Below are positions 11,768 to 25,320 of a stretch of 46,293 bases of DNA, piece after piece. The stretch comes from Chiloscyllium plagiosum (taxonomy: Eukaryota). Below the pieces are notes generated by a model that made no database searches, had not been told where the DNA came from, and worked only from the letters and a program-made list of their open reading frames with translations. Positions within the stretch are counted from its first letter, which is position 1, and each line of letters opens with the position of its first letter. The position numbers and the translations under genes were made by a program. The stretch lies in NCBI RefSeq assembly GCF_004010195.1, contig NW_025215301.1, positions 4,144 through 50,436 on the forward strand, written 5' to 3'.

Positions 11768-12154
11768 GGCAAAAGTATCATTTTGTATATTTGTATCCAA
11801 TACCCAACAAACCCGATGTTTTTAAAATTCCTTTTTGATTGTGGACATTGAAGTCCCCCACCCAGAGTACATTCCTGCCCTCACCACCCTCAGGGCTTCC
11901 TCCAAGTGCTGTTCAACATGGAGGAGAGACTGACTCATCAGCCAAGGGAGGACAGTACGTGGTCATCAGCCAGAGGTTTCACAGAATCAGAGAATCATAC
12001 AGTGTAGGAGAGGTCCCTCATCCGATCATGTCTGTCCCACCAAGGCAAAACTAATTCTACTCTCCATCCACTTTCCAGAACTGGGCCCAAAGCATTGAAT
12101 GTTCGGATATTTCAGGTGCTCATCCAGGTATTTTCTTAAAAGGTATATGTTTAA

Positions 12155-12670
12155 AATATTGACCAGGACACCATGGGGATCTGCTCTGCTCTTCTAATAG
12201 TGTCATGGCATCTTCTCCTGCCCCCTGAGAGGGCAGACATCAGATCATCCCATCTGAAAGATGGTCACTGAGCACTGAACCTCTGACAGTGTTGCACTCC
12301 CTCAGTATTGACACACCAGCAGTGCAGCAGTCCCTCAGCATGAACTATCTGACAGTGCAGCACTCCCACAATATTGACTTTCTGAAAGTGCGGCATTCCC
12401 TCAGTACTCACCCTCTGACAGTGCAGCACTCCCTCAGTACTCACCCTCTGACAGTGCAACACTCCCTCAGTACTGTCCCTCCAATAATGTGGCACTCCCA
12501 CAATATTGACTTTCTGAAAGTGCGGCATTCCCTCAGTACTGACCCACCACTAGTGCAACACTTCCTCAGTACCGACCCTCCAATAGTGTGGCACTACCTC
12601 AGTACTGTCCCTCTGACAGTGTGGCAGTCCCTCAGTACTGACCTTCTGACAGTATGGCACTCCCTCTGCA
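12155..12670 (-). repeat. Deu-domain SINE (SacSINE1-like) remnant with expanded 33-bp minisatellite
   Basis: aatattgaccaggacacc...ctgctcttctaatagtgtcatggcatc, then about 12 units of cactccctcagtactgaccctctgacagtgcag-like sequence. Confidence 0.8.
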
Positions 12671-12689
12671 TGTTTAATTTGCTTCAGAG

Positions 12690-12840
12690 ATAGAATAATG
12701 TAATGATGGAATCTGTACAATGTCGAAGCAGACCATTCACCCAATGAGTTCACACCAATCCTTCGAAGAGCATCCCACCCAGATCCAAACCCTGTAACTC
12801 TGCATTTCCCAATGGCTCATCCACCCAATCTGCAAACATG
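12690..12840 (-). mobile_element. HE1-like SINE 3' fragment
   Basis: Similar to the 22014-22200 segment. Confidence 0.55.
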
Positions 12841-13794
12841 GTGAGTCTGAGGGGAGAGTGTTCCCCACTGAGGCCAGGCTGACATCTCCCGGTCCAATAG
12901 CCTGCCTTGCTTCCCCATCCCAGCCCACACTTGGAGGAATGAGACCACCTGGGGAGGCGAAAGATAGTACCTTCAGGAGAGAGATGGAGAGCAGATGATG
13001 GGGGCAAGGGGCAGTGGGGTCTGTTGTCTCGAGGTGGGGTGTGAGACATTGGAGCAGGCAATAGCATGTGCTGAGCCCTTTCCCCGGAAGGAGTTGTAAG
13101 TCAATGGGTGAAAGTGGGAGGGGCACTAGAGTAACATCTTTGTTGCTGCTGAAACCCTTGCTCCCTGCTCAGTCACGTCTGAGAGACACACAGACACATC
13201 AGACACACAGGAGGCAGCTTTCTGTGGATGTTCTCCTGGGTCAGGCCTCATCAACACGGAGCAATGGTCAGTAACAGTGTAAGCTGTGCGGCCCTGAAAG
13301 CCTGAGTCTGCAACTCAGCTCGGAAGGATATCAGCTCATTCGTCAAAACTGGTTCTGCCCCTCTGCAGCCTAGCCGGTCTGCCTGTGCCTTTCCACCACT
13401 CCCAGGTTTTCCCTTGTGACACAGCTCATTTCCCTGAGGGACAGCTGTTCTCAGGCCCAGTACATGATCTTGTCCCTCTGTCAGATCCTCTTCGAGAAAC
13501 TCATGGCTCACCACTGCCCTCTCCAGGATAAAGTTAAAACTCACACAGCACCATTCATGGGCACCGCACAACAATCAATAGACAGGAGGGTTCCCTCCCA
13601 GTTGCGGAACAATTCACTGGTCCAGGACATTCAGCCTCGGAACTTTGGGTGACCATCCTCCAAGGTGGACTTCGGCTCAGGCAGCAGAGAAAAGTGGCCG
13701 AGCAGAGGCTGATAGCTAAGTTCAGGACCCATTGGGAGGGCCTCAACCGGGACCTTGGGTTCATGTCACATTACAGGTGACCACTATTGCACTA

Positions 13795-13932
13795 TACACA
13801 CTCACAGATTCTCCTACACACACACACTCTCACACACACACAGACACTCCTATACACACATACACACGGACACGCATACACACAGACGCGCACACAGACA
13901 CCCACACACACACCCTTATAGGTACACACGCT
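13795..13932. repeat. Imperfect (CA)n tract abutting a gap
   Basis: Direct observation. Confidence 0.9.
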
Positions 13933-14112
13933 NNNNNNNNNNNNNNNNNNNNNNNNNNNNNNNNNNNNNNNNNNNNNNNNNNNNNNNNNNNNNNNNNNNN
14001 NNNNNNNNNNNNNNNNNNNNNNNNNNNNNNNNNNNNNNNNNNNNNNNNNNNNNNNNNNNNNNNNNNNNNNNNNNNNNNNNNNNNNNNNNNNNNNNNNNNN
14101 NNNNNNNNNNNN
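13933..14112. other. Assembly gap
   Basis: Run of N. Confidence 1.
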
Positions 14113-14265
14113 TTTGTGATTTACACATGAAAGAAGTGAAACTATCACTGTACTCTAACAGATGAAAGGCTTAACAGGCAATCAATTTTTCAATGTATAA
14201 TTTCAGTTACATCACACCGTAAATTCTTGCTATAAATTCTGTGTTATGATTGAGTCCTCCATTAT

Positions 14266-14300
14266 CACTTGATGAAGGAGCGGCGCTCTGAAAGCTAGTG
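14266..14300 (+). ncRNA. Minimal hammerhead ribozyme motif, core mutated
   Basis: cac-TTGATGA-a-ggagc-ggc-gctct-GAAA-gcta-gtg; first core C changed to T. Confidence 0.6.
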
Positions 14301-14919
14301 TACTTCCAATTAAACCTTTTGGACTATAACCTGGTGTTGTGTGATTTTTAACTTTGTACACCCAGTCCAACACCGTCATCTCCAAATCATGACTCTCCAG
14401 GATCGTTAGGGAAGGGCAATAAATAGCAGACACGTCAATGCTCTCCCCATCCCAGGAGTAATCAATGTAACTGATGGACAATTCAAACAATTAAACTGGT
14501 GGAAGGTGGTTAAATAATTCCAGTGATTAAATTTCACCTGATAGTTCCTGTATTAAGTTCAAGCTGAAGCTATCCTGGTCTCTGCTGAATTTAGATCAAT
14601 TTTTATTGTTAACTTAATACATTTCCATGTTCATTCTTTCTCTCCAAACTGATCCTAATTTGAATGTTGCACAAAACAAATCATTTTGTTGAAGGTTTTT
14701 GTCTTGCGTGCATCAGGACAATTTACAAAAAATGCCACAGCAAAGGAAAACAATATTTAAACTGGCGTGTTCATAGTGACAACACCTCAACCGATCAGCA
14801 CTTTCCTCATATGCAATATAAATGTCATGTTTTTCTCCTTTGATTGGTACTTTTACAATTGTCCTGATGAGGGCAAAATGAAAAGCTTCCAAAACCCGAG
14901 CATTTTTCAGGCTAATTCA

Positions 14920-17900
14920 ATATTCTCAAATGACTATTTGATCCTAATTTGCTCTTTTGCTTCAGACCTGTTCAAATTCCAAGAAGTAATTCTGTCCCAT
15001 TTTGAATGGAGGACTCAGTTTACCAGCACTCACTAAATTCCAATCTCTACATCAAAATATTTTTCCTGATCTCCTTCCTGTACCTGCCTTTCTGTTTGCC
15101 GGCATTGACAGTAAATCTACATTTACTGTGTCGATTTCATTAAGATGTTTTGAATATCAGAATACCCTCCCTCCCTCCTCGAGATCCTGGTCTGATGTTT
15201 CCTTGTAACCTAGGTCCCTAATCCCTGTCTCATTCTGCATTGCTCCTCAACGAAGCCCCTAACTGTACACCATATTCCAGATGTGACCTAACCATTCTTC
15301 AGTACAGCTGTCCTGGCCACTCTCCCTCCATCTCCTCACTCTCAATATTCATTCCAAAGTCCCATTGGCCTTTCCCATTTCTTTTATACAATTTTCTTTC
15401 CCAATTTTAAGCATTTATGTTGCTCAACATCCTTTCTTGCCCACTGCAGTACATTGTTTACAATATGAGCTACACTTCATCCTTTAAAGTTCTGAGTCAT
15501 TACAACCAGGAAAGCTCTCAGTGGAGAAATTCAATTAATCCCATTGTCCTGCTCTATCCCAACAGCTTTAGTGCATTTATGGTGTATTCAATGACATCTG
15601 ACACTTGTCTGTCTTACCCTCTTACACCCACTAATGGCTTTCTCTTGAGTCCTTCCTGACAAATTACTGTTTATTGCAGTTTGGTGACACACTTTGGTAG
15701 CCGTTTGTTCGGTCTTTGAGTGTAATTCATTTTGTGCCTGATCCGTAGGGCACTCCAATTGCAATCTGGAAAATGCAGATGTCATGTCATGGCCGAGGCT
15801 CCAGTGTTTCAAAGAGATGGATTTAAGCCTCACCAGTTTAATCATTTGAATTGTACGTCATTTATTTTGATTTCTCCTTGGGTGGGGCAAGTTTTAATTT
15901 GTCTGCTATTTGTTGTCCTTCCCTAATTGTCCTGGAGAGGGCGGTGATGAGCAATGTCATATCTTGAACATAGAACATAGAACATGACAGCCCTCAGCCC
16001 TCGATGTTGCGCCAACCTATGGAACCAATCTAAACTCCATCTATCCTACACTCTTCCATTTTCATCCATATGTGCATCCCGTGACCATTTAAATGCCCTT
16101 AGTGTTGGCGAGTCTGCTACTGTTGCAGGCTGTGTATTCCATGCCCCTACTAGTCTCTGAGTAATGAAACTACTTCTGACATCTCTCCTATATCTATCAC
16201 CCCTCAATTTAAACCTATGTCCCCTCAGCATCTGAGGAAAAAGGCTCTCACTGTCCACCCTATCTACCCTTGTGATTATCTTAGTACGTCTCAATTAAGA
16301 CAACTCTCAACCTTCTTCTCTCTAACAAAAACAGCCACAAGTCCCTCATCCTTTCCTCATAAGGCCTTCCCTCCCTGCCAGGCAGCATCCTAGTATATTT
16401 TCTCTGAACCCTTAAGTTCTCACATCCTTTTTTTAATGCGGTGACCACAACTGTTTACAATACTCCAATTGCGGCCACACCAGAGATTTGTACAGCTGCA
16501 GTATGACCTCATGACTCCTAAACCCAATCTCTCTACCAATAAAAGCTAACCCACCATAAGCCTTCTTAACAATCCTATCAAACTGGGTGGTAACTTTCAA
16601 GGATCTGTGGACATGGACACAGAGATCTCTCTGCTCAGCTACACTACTAAGAATCTTACCATTAGCCCAGTGCTCTTTATTCCTGTTGCTCCTTCCAAAG
16701 TGAGTCACCTCACTTTTCTGCATTAAACTCTGCATTTGCCACCTCTCAGCCCAGCTCTGCGGCTTATTCATGTCCCTGTGTAACCTGCAATATCCTTCAG
16801 CACTATCCACTACTCCACAAACTTCAGTGTCATCCACAAATTTACTAACCAATCCTTCTATGCCCTCATTCAGGTCGTTTATAAAAATGGCAAACAGCAG
16901 TGGCCCCAAAAGAGATGTTTGCAGTACACCACTAGTAAATGAACTCCAGGATTAACATTATCTATCAACAACCACGTTCTGTCTTCTTTCAGCTAGCCAA
17001 CTTCTGATCCAAACCGCTAAATCACCCTTAATGCCATGCCTCGGTATTTTGTGGAGAACCTTATCAAATGCCTTACTGAAGTGCATATCCATCACATCAA
17101 CCATTTTACCCTCATGCAACTGTTTGATCACCTTCTCAACAAACTCAATAAGGTTTGCGAGACCCGAGCTTCAGTGTTGACTATCCCCAATCAATTTATT
17201 CCTTCCTAGATGATTATAAACCCTATCTCTTCCAACCTTCTCCAACACTTTATCCACAACCGGAGTAAGGCTCACTGGCCTATAATTACCAGGGTAACTC
17301 TACTCCCCTTCTTAAACAAGGGGACAACATTTGCTATCCTCCAGTCTTCTGGCACTATTCCTATAGACAATGACAACATTAAGATCAAAGGTAAAGTCTC
17401 TGTAATCTCCTCCTGGCTTCCCAGAGAATCCCAGGACAAATCCCATCCGGCCCAGGGAACTTATCTATTTTCCCACTTTCCAGAATTGCTACACCTCCTC
17501 CTTGTGAATGTCAATCCCATCAGTCTAGTAGCCTGGACCTCAGTATTCTCCTTGACAACGTTGTCTTTTTCCAGTGTGAATACTGAGGAAAAATATTCAT
17601 TCGCACTTTACCATGTCTGCGGACTCCACACACAACTTTCTACTACTCTCTTTGATCGGCTCTCAGCTTTCCCTAGTTATTCTTTTATTCCTGATATATC
17701 TATACAAAGCTTTCGGATGATCATTAATCCTATCCACCAACAACATCTCATGTCCCCTCCTGGCTGTTCTTAGCTCTCTATTTTGGTCTTTCCTGGCTAA
17801 CTTGTAACTCTCAAGTGCCCTAACTGAGCCTTCAGGTCTCACTCTAACATAGCCTCCTTCTTCCTCTTGACAAAAGATTCAACTTCTTTAGTAAACCACA

Positions 17901-18435
17901 GCTCCCTCGCTCAACCACTTCCTCCCTGCCTGACAGGTACACACTTATCAAGGACGTGCAGTAGCTGTTCCTTGAATAAGCTTCACATTTCAGTTGTGCC
18001 CATCCCCTGCAGTTTCCTTCCCCCATCCTATTCATCCTAAATCTTGCCTAATCGCATCATAGTAGCCTTTCCTCCACCAATAACCTTTGCCCTGCAATAT
18101 ATACCTATCCCTTTCCATTGCTCAAGTAAACAAAACCAAATTTTGTTCACTATCATCAAAGTGCTCACCTACCTCCGAATCTAACAGCTGGCCAGTTTCA
18201 TTACCCAGCACCAAACCCAACGTGGCCTTCCCATTCTGGGAAGGAAGGTGCTGGGATGGGTACAAACAAAAACCATGAAACTCAATGTCATGTTCACAAA
18301 TGTTCTTTAGGCAAGGGATCCCAGTCATCACCCAGTCTGTGACTCCAGTCCCACAGTGACGTGATTCATTCTTTACGGCCCCATGATCTGGTGCAGCAAG
18401 GAACTCAGCCCGAGCAGCTGGAGATGGGCAATAAC
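14920..18435. repeat. Arm 2 of inverted segmental duplication, interrupted by CR1
   Basis: Reverse-complement match to 4455-7170 on both sides of the CR1 insertion. Confidence 0.85.
15965..18234 (-). mobile_element. CR1 LINE, degenerate ORF2 (endonuclease end and RT) with internal deletions
   Basis: GPLLFAIFINDL..SKFVDDT, LYKSLVWPQLEYC; tail (GAACATA)n at 15966-15985. Confidence 0.95.
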
Positions 18436-19569
18436 TATGAGGTTTGTCAATGACATTAATGCCCCAAGAAGGAATAATGCAGCTCTTTGCTGTCTACCTT
18501 TGAGCCTCTGGTCCACCACACTCTAGCTGTTATGGGTCTCTAATCCTTTCACATTAATTCATTAAATGATGGCAATATGTGAAGTGTTTTTAGTTTGAAC
18601 TGTCAGGTCTCTTTTCCCATGCCTCTCTCCTCTTCACCTCCTTCCAAACCTTTCACCAGATGTTTCCCGTGACAGCCTAGCTGTGCAGAGTGAAAGCTCT
18701 CTGTGTTCTCTGAGGCCTCACTCTGTCTGTGTCTATCTCTTCTCCAATGTAACACAAAACCCATGTTTCTAAAGCCCTGCTGAGATGTAAAGAGAGCTGA
18801 GAAAACGACAGCAACCATAACTGACTTGGTCTTGTTAAAGAAAATAATGTTTGTTTTGAAATTATATTTCTGTCAGTGAGTGACAAAGGAACGATGGGGT
18901 CCAGGATTGCTGCAGCCTCTGCCCGAACATAGGACCCAACAGCAGGCTTTTTGGGAGCTGCTGTGCCAATGAAGAAGATCACTGCTCATCTGGTTATGGT
19001 CTCAGCTGCATTTTCTGCCTCCCTCCCCCACCCATTATCCTTAACTGCCTTGTTCATCAAAAACCTGCCTATCTCAGCCATGACTAAACTCAATGACCCA
19101 ACCTCCATTCCCATGGAGAGAAGAGAATTCCACAAACTGTCAACCCTCAGCAAGAATACCCCTCCTTCCTTTTAAATGGGAGACTGCTTTGTCTTAAACC
19201 GGCCCTCCAGTTCTCACCCGCCCTGTAACAGGAACCATCCTCTCAGTATCCAGTCTGTCGTGTCACCTTCAGATCAGAAACTGTTAATGAGAGAGAACAG
19301 GTTGCAAAAGCGAGACTGTTCCCTGGAAATGATTAACAGTGTTTATGTAAACTGTATTCTCAAATGCCAGAGTCCAAAACAAGGGGATGGATAAAATTAG
19401 AATTGGGAATGATTTCAGGAAGAACTCTTAGTCTGCAAAAGCTACCAAAGTCGGGGTTCAATGTTCATTCGCTCAGGATGGTAAGGGTTACAGAATTAAG
19501 GGGGAATGTGTTCTAGGTCAGCCATGGCCTGACTGACTGACTGGGGAACCAGGCCGGAACAACCGATAA

Positions 19570-20120
19570 TTCATTCCCGCTGGAATCCACCGGAATGGCT
19601 GCTGTTTCGTTCAGATGCTCATGGCCCGGGACTTGACGCGTGGACTCAGCAGCGGTACCAGCACTCTATCGCCACTAGAGGGCAGCTGTTTCACTGTCTC
19701 TGAACAGAACAAATGAACTGGTTCAATCTGTAGAAATGCGGAGAGTGAGAGAGGGAGGGAAGGAGGGACAACAGCTTTCGAACCAGGATACTTATCACAC
19801 CAATGAAAATGTCCCCTGTGATATGATTGTTTTCACAGTGTGTTTTTTATTCATTTTGCGATTCACGTAGACAATGTCAGTACTGAGTGGCACAAAGTAT
19901 ATTTCCTCTCTAACCCCTTTCCAACACACCCTCTCCATCTTTCTTTACTCCTTATTGACTCTTCTACAATTGTCCCTGTTCCGTCACTCCGTCCCAGCCC
20001 CAGAGGGATTGATGGCTGGAGTTCATGACCCTGCACTGTGTGAAGGGAGGCCAGAAGTGAGGCCAGTGTGTTGGAGCTTGGGCTCCTGCCTCAGGCCCAG
20101 GTGTAGGTGTCTGTTCAACA
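19570..20120. repeat. Block duplicated in inverted orientation at 33720-34450
   Basis: e.g. gaggccagtgtgttggagcttgggctcctgcctcaggcccaggtgtagg versus its revcomp at 33732-33781. Confidence 0.9.
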
Positions 20121-22013
20121 ATTTCTTTGGCTGCCATTGTAGTAAGAACAAATCTCTCCCTTTGCCAGCACAAAGAGAAAGTGCCGGTCAGATTTCCTGG
20201 TGTGTGATGGTTTAGCTCAATAGGAGCAGCATTTGGTAGATCATGCTGTATCAGCCTGGACAGAAACCTGGGCAACCTCCAAATGAAAGGATGACCTTCA
20301 GTGGATCTGCTGCTACAGAAAATATAGAATTGGAATCCTTGTTACTGAATCAACTCATCAAACCCAAATACAACTGAGAAAATATAAACCAAACCAATTT
20401 CCCAGGACATACATCACAACACAGCAAGAAAGTGAACACACAGTTGCTGTCCCCTCTCTCTATGGAGTGTCACTGTAACTGTCCCCTCTCTCTCAGGGGA
20501 GTGTAGCTGTTCCTGTCCCCTCCCTCTTTGGGGCCATGCCATTTTGAGCATCCTTTCTGTCTGAGGATGTTACTACTCACGTTCCCCGTCCTCCACCCCT
20601 CTCTGTCAGGTTGGGGGTGTCACAGCCACCCAGTTTGTTTGTTCAGCTTACTCTCTTGTGAAGTGGGTAATCTCTGCTTCACTACACTGACTGGTGTGTT
20701 AATACCCGGCACAGCTCACCCTTCATCTCAATCAGATCACAGGGTCTGAGGTTGGTCAGTACTGTCTGGCCCCAGAACAGTAACACTGACTGATTGGAGA
20801 CAACCCAGATCAAGTCCCAGTGAGAGTGTTATTGACCTTCACACTCAAAGCCCACCGAGGAGGTTGTTATTAGTCTCAACGTTGCCACAGGGTAAGTTCT
20901 CCCAGAGATTCATAATTCATTCCAGATTTTAAACAAGGGAGGGATGTTGTGGGGAGACAGATGGGAAGGCATGGAGAGGAAACTAAAAGGAGAGAGAATT
21001 GCACTTCTGTTACACCGTTCATGAGCTGAGAATGTTCAAAGATGTTTTACAGATAATGGAATATCTTCAAAGTCTAGACATTGTTGTAATGTGGGAACTG
21101 TGAGGGCTCATTCACCCTCAGCAGGCTCCCACAACAACAGTGAGCTATTGACCAGGACTTTGGGGGTTAGGACACTGGAGCGGAGAATGGGACAGGCTGG
21201 AAAATGAAACCCAACTGTCCAGTGAGGCCTGAGTCTGGTCCATGTGGTTATTGGTTGATGCTGATTGAGCCTCTCGTTCTGATCTTTGCTTTTCCGCTGT
21301 TGCAGATTAAGGAGGTTTCTCACAGGGAGTTAGTGAAAGCGGAATGTGAAGTCTGCAGAACAAGTGCCATCATTTCGGAACACAGACAGGTACAGACACC
21401 ATGACCTGCTGCCTATTTCCTGGGAGATGGACATTGAGCAGATTGGGTTGAACCGAATGGTGCATCGGGTGGCTGAATGTGGGGTTTCATTCCTTCCTTA
21501 ATGTCAGTGGGTGACCATCCTAGAGCAGCTGCACCCTGCTGGGGCCCGGCTTCCCGGTTTCCTTTCACTGATGACAAACTCTGAGGTTTCATCTTCAGTC
21601 TCATATTCAGGTGATACTTTTGTAGCTTTGAGACATTCAAGTTGAACATTCCCAGTCTGCCTTAGCTGCTGTGAGCACAGTACCTGCTGACTGCTCTCTG
21701 CTCAAAGCAGTTTCTGAGCAAACACATTTTCCTGTCTCTTCTTCTTGAGGCCTGTACCTATTCCTGTATTTTCATAACGCAACTCCTTCACTTACCACAA
21801 CCACCTGTTGATGAGTAACTCACTGGAAAGTACTGATTACTTTCTCCTAACCTCCTCTCTCAGCAATAGCTCCCTTTAGCAAGCGTCTTCTTGTCAAACC
21901 TGAACCTCTGACCAGCACAAAGACCCTTTCTATAAGACAGCAAAGAGGGATCTACGTGTCAAGGGACATGAATCACAAAGTCAGCTGTAGCAAGTGATGA
22001 GGACGGTCATAGA

Positions 22014-22360
22014 TCATAGAATCCCCATGGTATGGAAGAAGGCCATTTGGCCCATCGAGTCCACACCGACCCTCCGAAGAGTATCCCACCCAGATCAACC
22101 CCATCCCTGTAAGCATACATTTCCCATGCCAAATCCACATAGTGTTCACACTCTGGAAACTGTGGGCAATTTAACATGGCCAATCTACATAACCTGCATG
22201 TCTTTAGACTGTAGGAGGAAACTGGAGCACCAGGAAGAAACCCACACAGACAAGGACAGAATACGCAAACTACACACAGTCAGTTACCTGAGAGTCAAAT
22301 TCAGCCCGGGTCCCTGGCCCTGTGGGGCAGCAGTGCTGACCACTGAGCCACAGTGCTGCC
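22014..22360 (-). mobile_element. HE1/V-SINE-type SINE
   Basis: Revcomp of 8458-type element: ggcagcactgtggctcagtggtcagcactgctgcc head and CR1-like tail. Confidence 0.85.
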
Positions 22361-22644
22361 CAGAGCCACTGTGCCGCACAGGCATGGGAGATGGAGAGTG
22401 TTGGTATTTATTGCAAAGAGTTTTAATGAGGCCTCATCTGGAGAGCTGTATATAGTTTTCATGTTACTTAAGAAAGGATATCAAGGGTTGTGGGAACAGG
22501 CAGTAAAATGGTATTAAACATTATCAGATCAACCATAATCTCATTGAATTGTGAACAGACTTGATGGGCTGAATGGCCTAATTCAGCTGCTGTCATTTAT
22601 GATGTAATTGTGTGAGAGACAGTTCATTCAGCTCATTCTGGGAT

Positions 22645-24342
22645 GGGGAGTAATCCTCGGAGAAAATATTAAATGAGTATTTTACATCAGCGTTTACTGT
22701 GGAGAAGGACATGGGATATATAGATTGAGGGGAAATAGATGGTGAAAGCCTGAAAAATGTCCTTATTTCAGAGGAGGAGGTGCTAGGTGTTTTAAAGCAT
22801 ATAAAGGTGGATAAATCTCTGGGATCTGATCTGGTGTACCTTGAACTCTGTGGTAAGCTAGGGAAGTGATTACTGGGCCACTTGCTGAGATATTTGTATC
22901 ATCGATAGCCACAGCTGAGGTGCTGGAAGACTGGAGTTGGCTAACGTGGTGCCAATATTTAAGAAGGTAGTGAGGGAAAGCCAGGGTACTGTAGACCAGT
23001 GAGCCTGACATCGGTGGTGGGCAAGCTGTTGGAGGGTGTCCTGAGGGACAAGATTTTCATGTATTTGGAAAAGCAAGGACTGATTAGGGGTAGTCAGCAT
23101 GGCTTTGTGTGAGAAGTCATGTCTCACTAACTTGAGGGAGGTTTTTGAAGAAGTAATGAAGAGGAATTATGATGAGGACAAAGTGATCTACATGGACTTC
23201 GGAAAGGCGTTTAACAATTGTCCTCATTTTAGACTGATTAGCAAGGTTAGATTACATGGAAAACAGGGAGAATTAGCCATTTGGCTACAAAACTGGCTCA
23301 GGACTGTAGAAGGCAGAGGGTAGTGGTGGAGGGTTGTTTTTCAGACTGGAAGCCTGTGACCAGTGATGTCCCATAAGAATTGGTACTGGGTCCTCTGCCT
23401 TTCTTCATTTATTTAAGTAATTTGGATGTGAACATAGGAGGGATAGTCAATAAGATTGCAAGTGACACCAAAATTGGAGATGCAGTGGACAGCAAAGAAA
23501 GTTACATTAGAGTCCAATGGAATCTTGATCAGATGGGCCAATGGATTGAGGAATGGCAGATGGAACTTAATTTAGATAGATGTGAGGTACTGCATTTTGG
23601 AAAGGCAAATCAGGAGAGGACTTAGACACTTAATGATAAAGTCCTGGGGATTGTTGCCAAACAAAGAGACCCTGGAGTGTAGGTTCATAGTTCCTTGAAA
23701 GTGGAATCACAGATAGATAGGTTAGTGAAGAAAGTGTTTAATATTCTTGCCTCTATTGGTCAGTGCACTCAGTATCGGAATTGGGAGGTCATGTTGTGAC
23801 TGTACAGGACATTGGTTAGGTCACTTTTCAAATACACTGTGCAGTTCTGGCCTCCCTCCTATAGGAAAGATGTTGTGAGAATTGAAAAGGTTTAGGAGAC
23901 ATTTATGAGCATGTTTCCAGAGTTGGAGGGTTTGAGCTACAGGGAGAGGCTGAATAGGCTGGGGCTGTTTTCCCTGAAGCGTCGGAGGCTGAGGGGTGAC
24001 CTTATAGAGGTTTATCAAATCATGAGGGACATGGAAAGGGTAAACAGGCAAAGTCTTTCCCTGGGGTGGTGGAAAGATTTGAAAGGGACCTAAGGGGCAA
24101 TTTTTACACTTAGCATGAAGTGTTGTATGGAATGAGCTGCCAGAGGAAGTGGTGGAGGCTGGTACAATTACAGCATTTAAAAGGCATCTGGATGCGTATG
24201 TGAATAGGAATGGTTTAGAGGGATATGAGCCAGGTGCTGGCAAATGGGACTAGATTAATGTAGGATATCTGGTTGGCATGGATGAATTGGACCGAAGAAT
24301 CTGTTTTTGCACTGTTTATCTCGATGGCTCTATGATACTATG
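22645..24342 (+). mobile_element. CR1 LINE, 5'-truncated, degenerate RT
   Basis: HGF..KSCLTNL, IYMDFGKAFN, VLGPLPFFIY, LSYRERLNRLGLFSLKRRRLRGDLIEVY; ctctatga tail. Confidence 0.95.
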
Positions 24343-24988
24343 AAAGATTGGACACGCTGTACACACTGGAGTTTGGACAATGCGAAATGATCTTATTGAA
24401 ACAGGCAGCATCCGGAGAAATAAAAGCAAGAGACTGTGATGCTGGAAATCCAAACCCAAAAACAGGGGTTTCTGGTGAAACTCAGTAATTCTGGCAGCAT
24501 CTGTGAGGAGAGAAACAGAGTTAGGGTTCCTGAAGAAGTTATACCGGACTCAAAATGCTAATCCTAATTTTCTCTCTGCAGATACTGCTGTTCTAACTGA
24601 GATCCTGACGTGACGTGACAGATGAATTCCAAGAGGATGTTGCTTCCTGTGGGGAAATCCAGAAATATGGAAACAGTTAAAAAGAGATAGTTTACTTTGA
24701 AACAGCTAAAGGACTTTGCACGATGCACAAACAGCAAACGATCTAACTTGTTCCTTTCATTTCAAACAGCTTCGATATTAAATGTAGTTAAAATTTAGGA
24801 AAATTTATGCTTAACTTCTTGCAACTTGCTGTCCCAGTGAACGCGTTCCTTTTGTTGGTGTGCTTATCTATAATGCCAGCTGCCCCCCAGTCATTCTCCC
24901 TGGCTCAGCCATCTCTGGGCGCAGCTTATATTTGTAACAATTGTATTTACAACAATAAGCTGACTCACTGTTGTTGGTCTGCCAGTGT

Positions 24989-25320
24989 NNNNNNNNNNNN
25001 NNNNNNNNNNNNNNNNNNNNNNNNNNNNNNNNNNNNNNNNNNNNNNNNNNNNNNNNNNNNNNNNNNNNNNNNNNNNNNNNNNNNNNNNNNNNNNNNNNNN
25101 NNNNNNNNNNNNNNNNNNNNNNNNNNNNNNNNNNNNNNNNNNNNNNNNNNNNNNNNNNNNNNNNNNNNNNNNNNNNNNNNNNNNNNNNNNNNNNNNNNNN
25201 NNNNNNNNNNNNNNNNNNNNNNNNNNNNNNNNNNNNNNNNNNNNNNNNNNNNNNNNNNNNNNNNNNNNNNNNNNNNNNNNNNNNNNNNNNNNNNNNNNNN
25301 NNNNNNNNNNNNNNNNNNNN
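24989..25320. other. Assembly gap
   Basis: Run of N. Confidence 1.

Larger units (their letters stand above)
13530..14392 (+). mobile_element. 5'-truncated Penelope-like element with inverted 5' pLTR piece and 11-bp TSD
   Basis: GIY-YIG C-terminus VTILQGGLR..QQRKVAEQRLIAKFRTHWEGLNRDLGFMSHYR*; 13530-13553 is revcomp of 14332-14355; TSD CTCTCCAGGAT at 13519-13529 and 14393-14403. Confidence 0.88.

Noticed and set aside
17210-17773. 187-aa plus-strand ORF and similar antisense ORFs
   Set aside because: Shadow frames opposite CR1, L1 or env coding sequence
20640-20900. Vague Ig V-like strings (LTLHLNQITGSEVGQYC; minus-strand TLT..CYC)
   Set aside because: No conserved Trp or first Cys at proper spacing, no RSS, stops present; a profile search would be needed to revive it
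21275-21404. Good-looking splice acceptor followed by a short ORF
   Set aside because: No recognisable protein similarity or partner exon
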